Assembly (NCBI GenBank): GCA_964651045.1
Contig: CAZYVD010000001.1
Coordinates: 87,144-151,143, forward strand
Reading direction: 5' to 3'
DNA: 64,000 nucleotides
Origin: an uncultured bacterium
Lineage (GTDB): Bacteria > Zhuqueibacterota > QNDG01 > DSAB01
The position numbers and the translations under genes are program-made. The first letter of the stretch is position 1, and each line of letters starts with the position of its first letter. Shown here piece after piece: positions 28,419 to 38,239 of the stretch. The notes beneath the pieces are model-generated. The model saw nothing but the letters and a program-made list of their open reading frames with translations, was not told the origin of the DNA and made no database searches.

Positions 28419-29342
28419 TCAAGAAACTCTTAGACTTGGATATTCAAAATTAAAACGTTTTTTGTAGTACCATCTTGAAAAGAAAAAGATAAAAACGAGC
28501 AGAACCAGATAGTACGGTGCAACAACACAAATACTTAATGCTAATGCAGCTATTGACAATTTTGTACATAGCATAATTTTTGAAACTGAAGTGTCAAAAA
28601 CACTCATTATAAAAAATGGAAAGGCTATCAGTGCAGGAATAAAGAGTATCCACTCTCGCATGAAAAACGATGTTACAACCACAGCCGCCTCAAATATAAG
28701 AGCCCATAAGGCTGTACTTTTAACCCCAAATCGAACAGGAAATGTTATCTTTCCAGCCTTTTTATCTCCTTTTATATCCGGCACCGTTGTATTGAGATAA
28801 ACCGATACTCCTGCAAAAGTATATGGAAGCACCAAAAGAGGCAGTCCCTTCCCTCCTCCTGCACTCCAACCGATTAAATAGATCAACATGCCTCCTGTTC
28901 CATTGGTTATTAAGCCCATTATTGGCTTATTCTTCCACATAAAAGGGGAATAATTATAGAGTAGACCCGACAGAATGAAAAGCAGTATAAATAAAATTCC
29001 AATTATTGTACTCATCAAAAATCCCCAAACTATTGCAATCGATGCAAAGATAGCTGCCTCAAGATATGCAGACCTCTTGGAGACAATCCCATTAGCAACA
29101 AGAAATAATTTTCCATTTAACCGATCTGTCTCGACATCCTGAATCTGGTTTATAATAAATATGCTGCCCATTAAAATAGTAAGTTGAAATATTACTGCTA
29201 ACGGTATGTTTAAAAATGAATTACTGCTGTTGGAAAAATGTGTGCCTCCAAACCACCCCGCAAGAAAAAAAGTCCATATTGGATAAAATAGTATCGGCCT
29301 GGTGAGAAAAAAATAATCAAGAATTTCAATTCCTCTTTTCAA
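28419..29342 (-). CDS. UbiA-family prenyltransferase (digeranylgeranylglyceryl-phosphate synthase-like)
   Basis: 307 aa polytopic protein with UbiA Asp-rich motifs NQIQDVETD and DIKGDKKAG. Confidence 0.75.
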   Translation of the reverse strand: MKRGIEILDYFFLTRPILFYPIWTFFLAGWFGGTHFSNSSNSFLNIPLAVIFQLTILMGSIFIINQIQDVETDRLNGKLFLVANGIVSKRSAYLEAAIFASIAIVWGFLMSTIIGILFILLFILSGLLYNYSPFMWKNKPIMGLITNGTGGMLIYLIGWSAGGGKGLPLLVLPYTFAGVSVYLNTTVPDIKGDKKAGKITFPVRFGVKSTALWALIFEAAVVVTSFFMREWILFIPALIAFPFFIMSVFDTSVSKIMLCTKLSIAALALSICVVAPYYLVLLVFIFFFSRWYYKKRFNFEYPSLRVS

Positions 29343-30757
29343 ACGATCTCCTGCACGATTTCTTCATTCTGAATCTTTGTCGACATATTCTTTATCGGCA
29401 CAGGATAGTTGCCGTCAAAACAGGCTGTACAATAACCCTCTCCCTTTTTAGGAACAGCACTTCTGAGCCCATCGAGCGAGAGATACCCAAGGCTGTCCAC
29501 CTGAAGATGCTCCCTGATTCTCTCAACAGACATCGAAGATGCTATCAACTCCTTCTTTGTCGGGAAATCCATTCCATAAAAACATGGATATCGAATCGGT
29601 GGAGAGCTGACTCTTATATGTACCTCCTCTGCACCAGCCTTTCTGATGAGTTGAGTCAGAATCTTTAATGTTGTGCCCCTCACTATAGAGTCCTCAACCA
29701 CGACTACCTTCTTCCCTTTTAAAACTCCTCCAACTGTATTGAATTTTAGCTTAACATTAAAATGCCTTATTGTCTGCTGAGGTTGAATGAATGTGCGGCC
29801 GATATAGTGATTACGGATTAGTCCAAGTTCATAAGGAATCTTTGCAGTTTGTGCATAACCCAATGCAGCGGTATTGCTCGAGTCTGGAACAGAAATTACT
29901 ATGTCTGCATCTGCAGGATGCTCCTCTGCCAGCCTCTTTCCCAATTTTCTTCTTGTCTTATCAACATACTCTCCAAAAATTCTACTGTCTGGACGGGAAA
30001 AGTAAATGAATTCAAAAATACAATGTGCCTTCTGGTTTGAGCTCTTAATTCTTTCAGATTCTATACCTCTCTTATCTATAACGATCAGCTCACCAGGCTC
30101 TATGTCCCGTATATAATGGGCACCGAGCAGATCCATTGCACACGTCTCTGAAACTACTACATATGACCCTTCACCCAATGCTCCAAGAGACAGAGGACGA
30201 AAACCATAGGGATCTCTTGCTGCAATAATCTGATCTCTTGTAAGGATGACAAGAGAATAAGCGCCCTTAACCTTCATCAACGCATCTTTTATTCGATCTA
30301 CAATACTCTTCTTCTTTGATCGTGCAATAAGGTGAACAATGATTTCACTATCAGTTGCACTCTGAAAAATTGAACCCTCGCTCTGCAGCCTGTCTTTCAG
30401 CTCTCTCGAATTAACAAGATTACCATTGTGTCCCAATGCAAGAGGCCCTTCTTTTGAATTCACAAGTATTGGCTGTACATTATTTTCGCTGTCAGATCCT
30501 GTTGTTGAATATCTATTATGGCCTATTGCTATGTTTCCCTTTAATTTGCCGATTGTCTCTGCAGAAGAAAACACATCATTGACCAGTCCCCTTCCCAGAT
30601 GAACATAGACCTTACTCCCGTCTGATGAAACTATACCGGCACCCTCCTGACCCCGATGCTGCAAAGCATAAAGACCCAGATATGCCATCTCAGATGCCTC
30701 TGGATGGCCCCATACACCTATTATACCACATGACTCTTTTATCTTCTCTGACTTCAT
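29339..30757 (-). CDS. purF: amidophosphoribosyltransferase
   Basis: 472 aa with N-terminal Ntn Cys (SCGIIGVWG), PRTase domain and C-terminal Fe-S cysteine motifs. Confidence 0.9.
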   Translation of the reverse strand: MKSEKIKESCGIIGVWGHPEASEMAYLGLYALQHRGQEGAGIVSSDGSKVYVHLGRGLVNDVFSSAETIGKLKGNIAIGHNRYSTTGSDSENNVQPILVNSKEGPLALGHNGNLVNSRELKDRLQSEGSIFQSATDSEIIVHLIARSKKKSIVDRIKDALMKVKGAYSLVILTRDQIIAARDPYGFRPLSLGALGEGSYVVVSETCAMDLLGAHYIRDIEPGELIVIDKRGIESERIKSSNQKAHCIFEFIYFSRPDSRIFGEYVDKTRRKLGKRLAEEHPADADIVISVPDSSNTAALGYAQTAKIPYELGLIRNHYIGRTFIQPQQTIRHFNVKLKFNTVGGVLKGKKVVVVEDSIVRGTTLKILTQLIRKAGAEEVHIRVSSPPIRYPCFYGMDFPTKKELIASSMSVERIREHLQVDSLGYLSLDGLRSAVPKKGEGYCTACFDGNYPVPIKNMSTKIQNEEIVQEIV

Positions 30758-30769
30758 TTTAATTCCGCC

Positions 30770-31867
30770 TTATTCTATGATTACTATTGGGTTAGAATAT
30801 ATCCATCCTCTCCTTTTTCTAAATATCTCGACCCTGTAGACACCAGCTTTGCCACTTTCAAAAACAAGCTCTCTGCCTCTTAGTTTTTTAATAATCTTTC
30901 CGTTCAAAAGAAGCGATATATCTCCGGAGAGAGGTGAATGGATTTTAAAGCGCAACCTTTTCTCCCTCCTTATCCTGCTTCCCATCTCATATGTTCCCCT
31001 TTCTCCCTCTGCTGAAAATCGAAATCCTCTTGCATCTCCACACCTATAATTTGAAACAAAACATCTTCCATCTCTCAATGCTCCAAACACCTCTGCCTCT
31101 GCCTCTCTAAATGAGAGTCTCTTCTCACCACTTACCAAATGATTCTTAATCAGCAAATGGGTGCGGATAGACTTAAATTGTACTTTATATGGATAAATTT
31201 CCCATGGGATGATCTTAAATATCTTAATACGATAGGCATGTACATCAATTCCTCCTATGCCCACAACACGTCTTTTACGGTTTAAATCGTCCCATCTTTC
31301 AAGTGTCTCCCATACTGGAAATTTTATTGACCGAAGCGGATGAATTATTCTCCATGCAATGTTTCTACGTGTTATTCCTTCCATCCATTCAGACATCTGA
31401 TTCCATATCTCTATCCCATCAAATCCCTCTGCCTCCCATGCTGTCCATGGATATGGCGGGTATGCGTCAGAAAAATTCCGCTTCTCTGAAGGATGAGCAA
31501 TAATTCCAAAACCTCCGGCTCTCTTTACACTCCTCACATAATCTGCCGCATTCTTGTTAGTATCTACTTCTCTGTCGATCTGAAATGCAAGATAATGATT
31601 TCTCTCATCACTGTCGTTTATCTCGCACCCTATTATTACAAGCACATTTCCATACCACCCCTCCAGACCATGACGCTTAGGTTCTAATGTGTTATGATCC
31701 GTAAACATCAGGAAATCGAGGTCTGTTGTGTTTGCAATAGCAGCAATCTCAGAAATTGAGAGCGAACCATCCGAATAATTAGAGTGAAGATGAACGGCCC
31801 CAACAATCTCACTATAATCTGTTTTTCTCTCCTCTACCACCATCCCAGTAATAGTGCTCCCAAACAA
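30770..31867 (-). CDS. PHP-domain metal-dependent phosphoesterase with uncharacterised C-terminal domain
   Basis: 365 aa with N-terminal PHP motifs (HLHSNYSDG ... FTDHN). Confidence 0.65.
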   Translation of the reverse strand: MFGSTITGMVVEERKTDYSEIVGAVHLHSNYSDGSLSISEIAAIANTTDLDFLMFTDHNTLEPKRHGLEGWYGNVLVIIGCEINDSDERNHYLAFQIDREVDTNKNAADYVRSVKRAGGFGIIAHPSEKRNFSDAYPPYPWTAWEAEGFDGIEIWNQMSEWMEGITRRNIAWRIIHPLRSIKFPVWETLERWDDLNRKRRVVGIGGIDVHAYRIKIFKIIPWEIYPYKVQFKSIRTHLLIKNHLVSGEKRLSFREAEAEVFGALRDGRCFVSNYRCGDARGFRFSAEGERGTYEMGSRIRREKRLRFKIHSPLSGDISLLLNGKIIKKLRGRELVFESGKAGVYRVEIFRKRRGWIYSNPIVIIE

Positions 31868-32220
31868 ATTCCAATCAAATCTGCAATTATGTCTTTCCAG
31901 CTAAATGTACCACTATGTCTCTTTCTATCGACCGATTCCTTTGCAATGCCTAAGAAGAGGACCGTTCCTGCACCCATAAATATATTATCAGGACTTTTTT
32001 GTTCAAAACGATTCTTAATTATCCAACTCATTGCACCTGTCAAAATAAAACTTCCAATAAGATGCCTGGCCTTATCCCTCCCAAACCAGAAATCGGATTC
32101 CTGTTTTCTATTAAGAGTCAGAGATACCCTCAAATCCGAATGTTCATCTGTATCTGCTTCCACAACGACTGGAAACGCTGCAAATATTGTTAAAAAAGTT
32201 GCGATTATGAGTTTTCTCAT
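31834..32220 (-). CDS. hypothetical lipoprotein/membrane protein (DUF2279-like)
   Basis: 128 aa with signal peptide and conserved DKARH ... GIAKE pattern. Confidence 0.4.
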   Translation of the reverse strand: MRKLIIATFLTIFAAFPVVVEADTDEHSDLRVSLTLNRKQESDFWFGRDKARHLIGSFILTGAMSWIIKNRFEQKSPDNIFMGAGTVLFLGIAKESVDRKRHSGTFSWKDIIADLIGICLGALLLGWW

Positions 32221-32778
32221 CTAAAGTCCAAGATCTTTATCAATTTCTTGCATTGCGGTAAGAGCAAGTTCAATAAAATCGTGCAGCGAAATCCCAAACT
32301 CTTCACACGTTTTGATCTGATCTCTGTTAGCACCAGCCGCAAATCTTTTTTCTCTGAAACGCCTCTCAACAAAATCGGAATCCACATTTTTCAACTTCTT
32401 TGTTGGATGCATTAGAGCAGCAGCAACTATCAAGCCTGTTATTGGATCCACGGCATACAGGGCCTTGTCAAGCAAACTCTTACGTGGAAAGTGACCGGGA
32501 TGACTCTTAATCGCATAAATAGCCTCTTCACAGATATCTTTATCTTCAAGCATTTCTGCACTCATCAATCCATGTCTCTGTGGATTATCGAATGTCTGAT
32601 CATAATCCAGGTCGTGAAGAAGTCCTGTGAGCCCCCATAGGTCTTCATCCTGATCAAATCTTCTTGCAAGAGCACGCATAACAGCCTCTGTTGCAAGCAT
32701 GTGCTTCCTTAGATTTTTATTTGAGACATTCTCTTCAATAAGCTTTAAAGCATCTTCTCTGTTCATTTCATGCTCCAA
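32221..32778 (-). CDS. HD-domain phosphohydrolase
   Basis: 185 aa with HD motif (LLHDLDYD). Confidence 0.7.
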   Translation of the reverse strand: MEHEMNREDALKLIEENVSNKNLRKHMLATEAVMRALARRFDQDEDLWGLTGLLHDLDYDQTFDNPQRHGLMSAEMLEDKDICEEAIYAIKSHPGHFPRKSLLDKALYAVDPITGLIVAAALMHPTKKLKNVDSDFVERRFREKRFAAGANRDQIKTCEEFGISLHDFIELALTAMQEIDKDLGL

Positions 32779-32787
32779 TATAGTGTT

Positions 32788-33294
32788 TTAAAATTTCCAG
32801 CTAAAACAAAACATAACTCCTCTACCCTCTAAAACTCTACCCTCAAAAGATAGGTCCTCACTCACATCAAAGTCCGACAGATATGCATCTACAAATGCAT
32901 CGAGTATGTTAAGAAGATAGACGGCGCCAAACCACCATAAATACAGACTCTTGTTATTGTAATAAAACTCCCGTTCATATTCGGTCTTACTTGCCACAAA
33001 TTTCTGGTTAAAATAGATCGCATTTGCCATTAATCCTGCCTCCACACCAAACACAAATAGTGCCTTGAGTTTCTTGCCGTTGTACCACTGCCCCCATCCT
33101 GGCAGGAGAGCCGATCTTATCATTGCCGTTTTTGTTGATTTTACCTCATGATTGACCTTCTCGCTTGAAGAAACAACCCGGGTTGAATCTATATCCTGCC
33201 TCGCATAAAGAGGTAAGTTACATATTATCAGAAAAAACCATAAAAGGGGAATCAGCAATTCTTCCCCTTTGAATAATTTAAATGAACATTTCAT
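32788..33294 (-). CDS. DUF5683-like signal-peptide protein
   Basis: 168 aa with signal peptide and conserved LLPGWGQWYNGK segment typical of the FCB-group DUF5683 family. Confidence 0.5.
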   Translation of the reverse strand: MKCSFKLFKGEELLIPLLWFFLIICNLPLYARQDIDSTRVVSSSEKVNHEVKSTKTAMIRSALLPGWGQWYNGKKLKALFVFGVEAGLMANAIYFNQKFVASKTEYEREFYYNNKSLYLWWFGAVYLLNILDAFVDAYLSDFDVSEDLSFEGRVLEGRGVMFCFSWKF

Positions 33295-33298
33295 CTTA

Positions 33299-33688
33299 CT
33301 ATGTTATGTAAGCAATACATTCAATCTCTACCATGGCCCCCTTGGGAAGCCGGCTAACCTCTACTGCTGATCTAGCAGGGGGATTTTCAGTAAAATATTT
33401 TTTATAGACCTCATTCATCTTTGTAAAATCATTCATGTCTTTTAAAAAAACAGTTGTTTTTACTACATGGGACATATCTGTACCTGCAGCCTCCAGTACC
33501 GACTTAAGATTCTCAAGTGCCTGTTTAGTCTGGACTTCTATATCACCTTCTGCCATCTTCCCTGTATTTGGATCTAATGGTATCTGGCCTGCAGTAAAGA
33601 CTATTTTTGCAGCATCAATCACGACTCCCTGGCTGTATGGCCCCACCGCAGCAGGCGCTTTATCCGTCTTAATTATTCTCTTTGACAT
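33299..33688 (-). CDS. ridA: RidA/YjgF family reactive-intermediate deaminase
   Basis: [20 protein letters not shown]... The ORF-track start at 33724 is probably 12 codons too long. Confidence 0.8.
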   Translation of the reverse strand: MSKRIIKTDKAPAAVGPYSQGVVIDAAKIVFTAGQIPLDPNTGKMAEGDIEVQTKQALENLKSVLEAAGTDMSHVVKTTVFLKDMNDFTKMNEVYKKYFTENPPARSAVEVSRLPKGAMVEIECIAYIT

Positions 33689-33720
33689 GCTACCTCCAAT
33701 CTTCTTATTTGAAAAATGAT

Positions 33721-33903
33721 TCAATCACTTTCATCATCGATATCCTCAAACCGAGCATCTTCCACTTCTGAATCCTTAAGGTCGAGAGGAGGAACCTTCT
33801 GCCTTCCCTCCACCTTTTGGCTGCTCTGATAATTAACAATCACTCCTCGAACTATCCTGTATACAATATAGAATAAAAGAACTGTAATGAAAAATCTAAG
33901 CAT
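33721..33903 (-). CDS. small membrane protein (DUF4834-like)
   Basis: 60 aa with one TM helix and an acidic C-terminus. Confidence 0.4.
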   Translation of the reverse strand: MLRFFITVLLFYIVYRIVRGVIVNYQSSQKVEGRQKVPPLDLKDSEVEDARFEDIDDESD

Positions 33904-33917
33904 GAGTTCTATCTCGT

Positions 33918-34556
33918 CTATTTTCTCGGTATATAGTATTTCATTCCTGTCGGTGGATTTAACACCTGTTTAATCAAATCGTCCAGATCTTCCTCATTAT
34001 CCACAAAATCGATCTCTGAAGTGTTTATTACTAAAAGCGGAGTCTGTCTGTAGTGAAAGAAAAAATCGTTATATGCTTCATTCAACCTTCTGATATAATC
34101 GATCGAGATGTTCCTTTCATATTCTTTATTTCTCTTTTTAATATTGGCAAAAAGTTTTTCTGCTGTGGACTGAAGATATATGACAAGATCTGGCTTGGGA
34201 ATCTCCTTTTCCAGGAATCTGGTTACCTTTTCATATAAAATATAATCCCTCTCTTCCAAATTTATTTGTGCAAAAATCTTATCCTTTGCAAATATATAAT
34301 CTGCAATTAGATATGGATAGAATAAATCCTTCTGCGGCAGACTCAACAGTTGACGATATCTGCTGATTAAAAAGAAAAGCTGTGTTTGAAATGCATACCT
34401 TTGAGGATTCCTGTAAAAGTCTTTTAAATAGGGATTGGATTCTGAATCTTCCAGAAGCAACATCCCCTCGAGTCTCTCTGCCATAAGCTTGGCAAGACTG
34501 GTCTTCCCTACTCCGATTACACCCTCAATTGCTATGTAATAAATACTCTTCAACAA
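33918..34556 (-). CDS. deoxynucleoside kinase
   Basis: 212 aa with P-loop IEGVIGVGKTSL; dNK/dCK/dGK family. Confidence 0.8.
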   Translation of the reverse strand: MLKSIYYIAIEGVIGVGKTSLAKLMAERLEGMLLLEDSESNPYLKDFYRNPQRYAFQTQLFFLISRYRQLLSLPQKDLFYPYLIADYIFAKDKIFAQINLEERDYILYEKVTRFLEKEIPKPDLVIYLQSTAEKLFANIKKRNKEYERNISIDYIRRLNEAYNDFFFHYRQTPLLVINTSEIDFVDNEEDLDDLIKQVLNPPTGMKYYIPRK

Positions 34557-34568
34557 AAATCCCTTAAA

Positions 34569-35096
34569 TCATGCAGTGAAAATTTCTACTCTTCCACCAT
34601 CCCTGCATTCCTTGAGAGCATTCTGAACCGATTTCCCATATCCTGGTATTATAAAATCTCGTGCTATCTCATTAAGTGGAACCAATATGAACCTGCGCTG
34701 CCTCAGGCATGGATGTGGAATCTTTAATTCATCATTATCTATCATATATCTATCATATATCAGAATATCAATATCGATCCTTCTTGGCCCCCATCTCTTC
34801 TCCTCTTTTTTCACACGACCAATATTTTTTTCTATTGCCTGACATTTTGTAAGCAGCTTCTCTGGTGTAAGTCTAGTGGCGACCTCGATCACCTGGTTTA
34901 GAAACGGCCTCTGAGACTTTCTTCCCCACGGCTCTGTTTCATAAATCGATGAGATTTTCAAAATCCTGTTCTCTTCTATGTCGTTAATATGGCCTAAAGC
35001 TTCTTTTAGATAGCTCTCCCTGTCTCCAACATTCGAACCAAGACTCAAAAAGGCTATCAAGATATTTTCACTCCGGAAGTTAACAGAATTGATCAA
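34569..35096 (-). CDS. folK: 2-amino-4-hydroxy-6-hydroxymethyldihydropteridine pyrophosphokinase
   Basis: 175 aa HPPK fold (LSLGSNVGDRESYLKEAL; RWGPRRIDIDIL). Confidence 0.85.
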   Translation of the reverse strand: MINSVNFRSENILIAFLSLGSNVGDRESYLKEALGHINDIEENRILKISSIYETEPWGRKSQRPFLNQVIEVATRLTPEKLLTKCQAIEKNIGRVKKEEKRWGPRRIDIDILIYDRYMIDNDELKIPHPCLRQRRFILVPLNEIARDFIIPGYGKSVQNALKECRDGGRVEIFTA

Positions 35097-35154
35097 TGTT
35101 TAGATAGTGAATATATCAAATATCCCTTAAATTGTCAACTAAAAACATCACAGC

Positions 35155-36048
35155 CTATTTACAGGGATTTTTCAAAAGATGAAGACGAACTCTTATTACC
35201 GATACATCTCTAAGAATCTCTCCATACTGATCGTTATAATCCTTAAATACTATTCTATTTTCACTCTTATTTATTATCTTAAGATAAGGATCAAGATTCT
35301 TTCCCAGATTAGTGAAGATAGTTCTGGCACTATTTTCATCATGATATTGTATATTTATCAAAGTCGTCCTGTGTGATTGTGAATCGATGTAATCGGCAGC
35401 AACTCCAAATACTCCACCACCTAGTCTTAATATGTTCCCTTCACCGAATGTATACACCGACTCTGTAGAATACTGACCAGCAATAATAATTTCTGTCCCC
35501 TTTACACGGCCTTTTTGTGGTAGCCTTCTTAACAGATCTACCTTCTTCCCCTCTGGTATTGTTAAAATTATTCTGTTTATTAAACTTATCACAACTCTCT
35601 TTATATCTTCTGATCCACTGGTGTTTGTGACAACAATAAAATATCTGTTCTTTACGGCAATGCACTGAAAAGGAGTTGCAGAATTGCGTGTTAAGATTTC
35701 CGGGTATGGGGTCTCTTCTCCCTTTTTAATAAGATATATTCCCAGAGCAGCTACCGTACTCTTCATTCGGTAGATTTCTAAAGTTATCTCCTCTGTGCCA
35801 TTCCCATACAGCTGAACATTGAGCTCTTCAAATCCAAATTCATTGAAAAGTTCGGCGCCACCATCTATATAATTAAATAGATCATGCCCCTTATATATTC
35901 TGAGTCTTCCTACACGCCTCCAGCCAGGACTAAAATTATTCCCCGGAATGTCTACTGCTACGGAATCTGACTTGGTATGGACTGCAAATATTAATGAAGG
36001 TAAAATAAAGATGAGTCCGATAAATGAGAATAAGTATAGAATCTTCAT
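35155..36048 (-). CDS. hypothetical secreted protein
   Basis: 297 aa with signal peptide; no recognisable domain. Confidence 0.4.
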   Translation of the reverse strand: MKILYLFSFIGLIFILPSLIFAVHTKSDSVAVDIPGNNFSPGWRRVGRLRIYKGHDLFNYIDGGAELFNEFGFEELNVQLYGNGTEEITLEIYRMKSTVAALGIYLIKKGEETPYPEILTRNSATPFQCIAVKNRYFIVVTNTSGSEDIKRVVISLINRIILTIPEGKKVDLLRRLPQKGRVKGTEIIIAGQYSTESVYTFGEGNILRLGGGVFGVAADYIDSQSHRTTLINIQYHDENSARTIFTNLGKNLDPYLKIINKSENRIVFKDYNDQYGEILRDVSVIRVRLHLLKNPCK

Positions 36049-36070
36049 ATGGTTTTATTATTCCATCACT

Positions 36071-37288
36071 TCACACAATTATACGGTTTATTCGCTCCAG
36101 ATGGCCAATACCGAGCCCTAACCTCTCCCCATAACGGAGATATTCAGCATATATCGGATGTTCATTAACTCTTATCTTCATCTCCTTCCTCTTTTTAACT
36201 ATTAAATCGTGACAGAGTCTGTCGAGTGCAATAGGATCTGTAGCAAAGAATAATCTGTTAAAATTATATTGGAACTTTACATTTGCTGCTGGGCCACCTT
36301 CATACTGGCCAATAAGGCCATCTACAATATTTATCATTAATTTATCACGGATTACAGGAAACGCCATTACCTCAGTACAGACATCAAAGAACAGAGGACG
36401 ATGGAGCCTGTTTGTATTGCAAATCGATCCATATCCGATATTTTTTGTAGCCATGGAGATACCATTTCCCGTATTTTTAAATACTGCAACATTAATAATC
36501 TTAGTTAACTTCTGCGTTAGAAGTTTTCCAAAATATGAATACTTGCCGTTAAATACATGCTGGTTGAGATACGGAAGATCTTTCGGCCCCTCTACATCTG
36601 CCCAGTAGTAAACATTCTTATCAAAATTGGACTCACTCACATGGTGACCATTTTTATCAAGCCATCTGCTGTTATCTATATCTCTATTATTTCTTGCTGC
36701 AGCGGCTGCATTCTCATCCATTGTTTGCAGGCCTTCAATCTTAATTCCCGGGTATCTTTCTGGTGTAAATCCAGCATCCTTCAGCATATAATCAAAACGA
36801 TCCCATATTACAATGCTGCTCCTCTTGACCCCATTTCTTAAAAGCCAGTCGATTATACCACTAACTACCTCTGTATGTGTCGATATCAATCCTCCACCAA
36901 CCGGATTAACCTTGATGCCTATTACATCACTTTTGCTAAAAAACATTTTAAAACTTCTATTTAGATCCTTACCTGTAAGATTTGTGATTCCCTTCTCTAT
37001 CATCCTGTTAACAATATCGGGATCCGGCCTTCGCCCCTTTAAAACTCCAGAATCGTGTACCTCAACTACTTTGCCTGGAAATGGTCCAGGAATAGAATAC
37101 CGCATGCGAGGTATCGATAAAACATCTTCTATATTGGTCTTTATCCTCTGCCTCTCCTTTTTCTCACCAGACCAGATCGGCGGTGTGCCAAGAATTATTC
37201 CAGCACCCACACCACATCCAATCTTTAAAAACTTTCGCCTGCAGAGTTCTGTCCCGTCCTTCCTAGAAACATATCCATCTATTCCCAT
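36071..37288 (-). CDS. twin-arginine-signal protein, DUF362-like
   Basis: 405 aa with Tat motif RRKFLKIGCGVGAG at the N-terminus. Confidence 0.45.
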   Translation of the reverse strand: MGIDGYVSRKDGTELCRRKFLKIGCGVGAGIILGTPPIWSGEKKERQRIKTNIEDVLSIPRMRYSIPGPFPGKVVEVHDSGVLKGRRPDPDIVNRMIEKGITNLTGKDLNRSFKMFFSKSDVIGIKVNPVGGGLISTHTEVVSGIIDWLLRNGVKRSSIVIWDRFDYMLKDAGFTPERYPGIKIEGLQTMDENAAAAARNNRDIDNSRWLDKNGHHVSESNFDKNVYYWADVEGPKDLPYLNQHVFNGKYSYFGKLLTQKLTKIINVAVFKNTGNGISMATKNIGYGSICNTNRLHRPLFFDVCTEVMAFPVIRDKLMINIVDGLIGQYEGGPAANVKFQYNFNRLFFATDPIALDRLCHDLIVKKRKEMKIRVNEHPIYAEYLRYGERLGLGIGHLERINRIIV

Positions 37289-37472
37289 TTCAACCTCCTT
37301 TCGCGAAAAGTTATTTTTCAGTCTAAATTAACAATTATTATTCTTTTTATAAAGCGATTTCTTTTATGGTAAAAATTTTCTTGACTAAAATATAATCTCT
37401 TGTTACCTTAAACGTAAATTTAACTTTGAGGTTTGAGTATTTCTATCCCATCTTAAAAATGGAGGAAAAAAG

Positions 37473-38174
37473 ATGAAGAGACTTTCGATAGTACTCATTG
37501 TTTTGGCTCTTTTGAGTACAGCAGCTTTTGCAAAAGTCGGATTCCAGGGAAGACCGATTACCAATAACCTTATGATACCAACAGCAAATACTCTCAATGA
37601 AAGTGAAATATTAATAGGTATAGGACCGATCGGTTACGGAATTAGCGACAACATTCAGGTTGGTACGAATATTCTGCTCTTCCTGTTTCAGGATTACAAC
37701 TTTAACATCAAGCTCAGTCTCATCAATTCTAAAAAGTTTGTCTTTGGTGCCGGTCTGCGTGTAGATTATTTTAATCTCTCCGCACTTACGGGAGATGAGG
37801 ATAAAATGGGTTTTACATTTCTTTCGCCTTTTGCAGTCATAACCACAAGATTAAATAAAAAACTCGCATTTCATATAGGCGGTCAGTACAGCTATATTAC
37901 TGGCGAGGGTGACATCGAAGATGCCAAAGTCACCTCTTCACTCTCTGGCACAAGAATATTTGCTGGCCTGGAACACAGCATGTCATATAAAACAAAATTT
38001 CTTATTGATGGAGGATATGATATCGAATTCGAAGGTCTCTTTGTCGGAAGCGGTTTACTGATGGGATGGGAAAAATTTAGGCTGAAATTCGGAGTAACAT
38101 ATTACAATCCTAAGGGAGCAAACTCTGGTTTTGCACTCCCCAACATAGGGCTGTGGTGGAGATTCAAGGCATAA
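37473..38174 (+). CDS. outer-membrane beta-barrel protein
   Basis: 233 aa with signal peptide, alternating amphipathic beta pattern and aromatic C-terminus WWRFKA. GGAGG Shine-Dalgarno lies 8 nt upstream. Confidence 0.65.
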   Translation: MKRLSIVLIVLALLSTAAFAKVGFQGRPITNNLMIPTANTLNESEILIGIGPIGYGISDNIQVGTNILLFLFQDYNFNIKLSLINSKKFVFGAGLRVDYFNLSALTGDEDKMGFTFLSPFAVITTRLNKKLAFHIGGQYSYITGEGDIEDAKVTSSLSGTRIFAGLEHSMSYKTKFLIDGGYDIEFEGLFVGSGLLMGWEKFRLKFGVTYYNPKGANSGFALPNIGLWWRFKA

Positions 38175-38190
38175 ATAAACTATGAGTTAA

Positions 38191-38226
38191 AAATGGCCGT
38201 TATTTATTTAACGGCCATTTTTTTAA
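38191..38226 (+). terminator. rho-independent terminator
   Basis: AAATGGCCGTT / AACGGCCATTT 11-bp stem followed by a T7 run. Confidence 0.75.
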
Positions 38227-38239
38227 ACACATTTAAAAC

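Noticed and set aside
36813-37331. Plus-strand 172-aa ORF
   Set aside because: Antisense to the Tat-signal DUF362-like gene; no recognisable motifs.
37289-37472. Possible riboswitch/leader upstream of the OMP gene
   Set aside because: Only an AT-rich divergent promoter region with a TTGACT box; no conserved riboswitch motif recognisable by eye.
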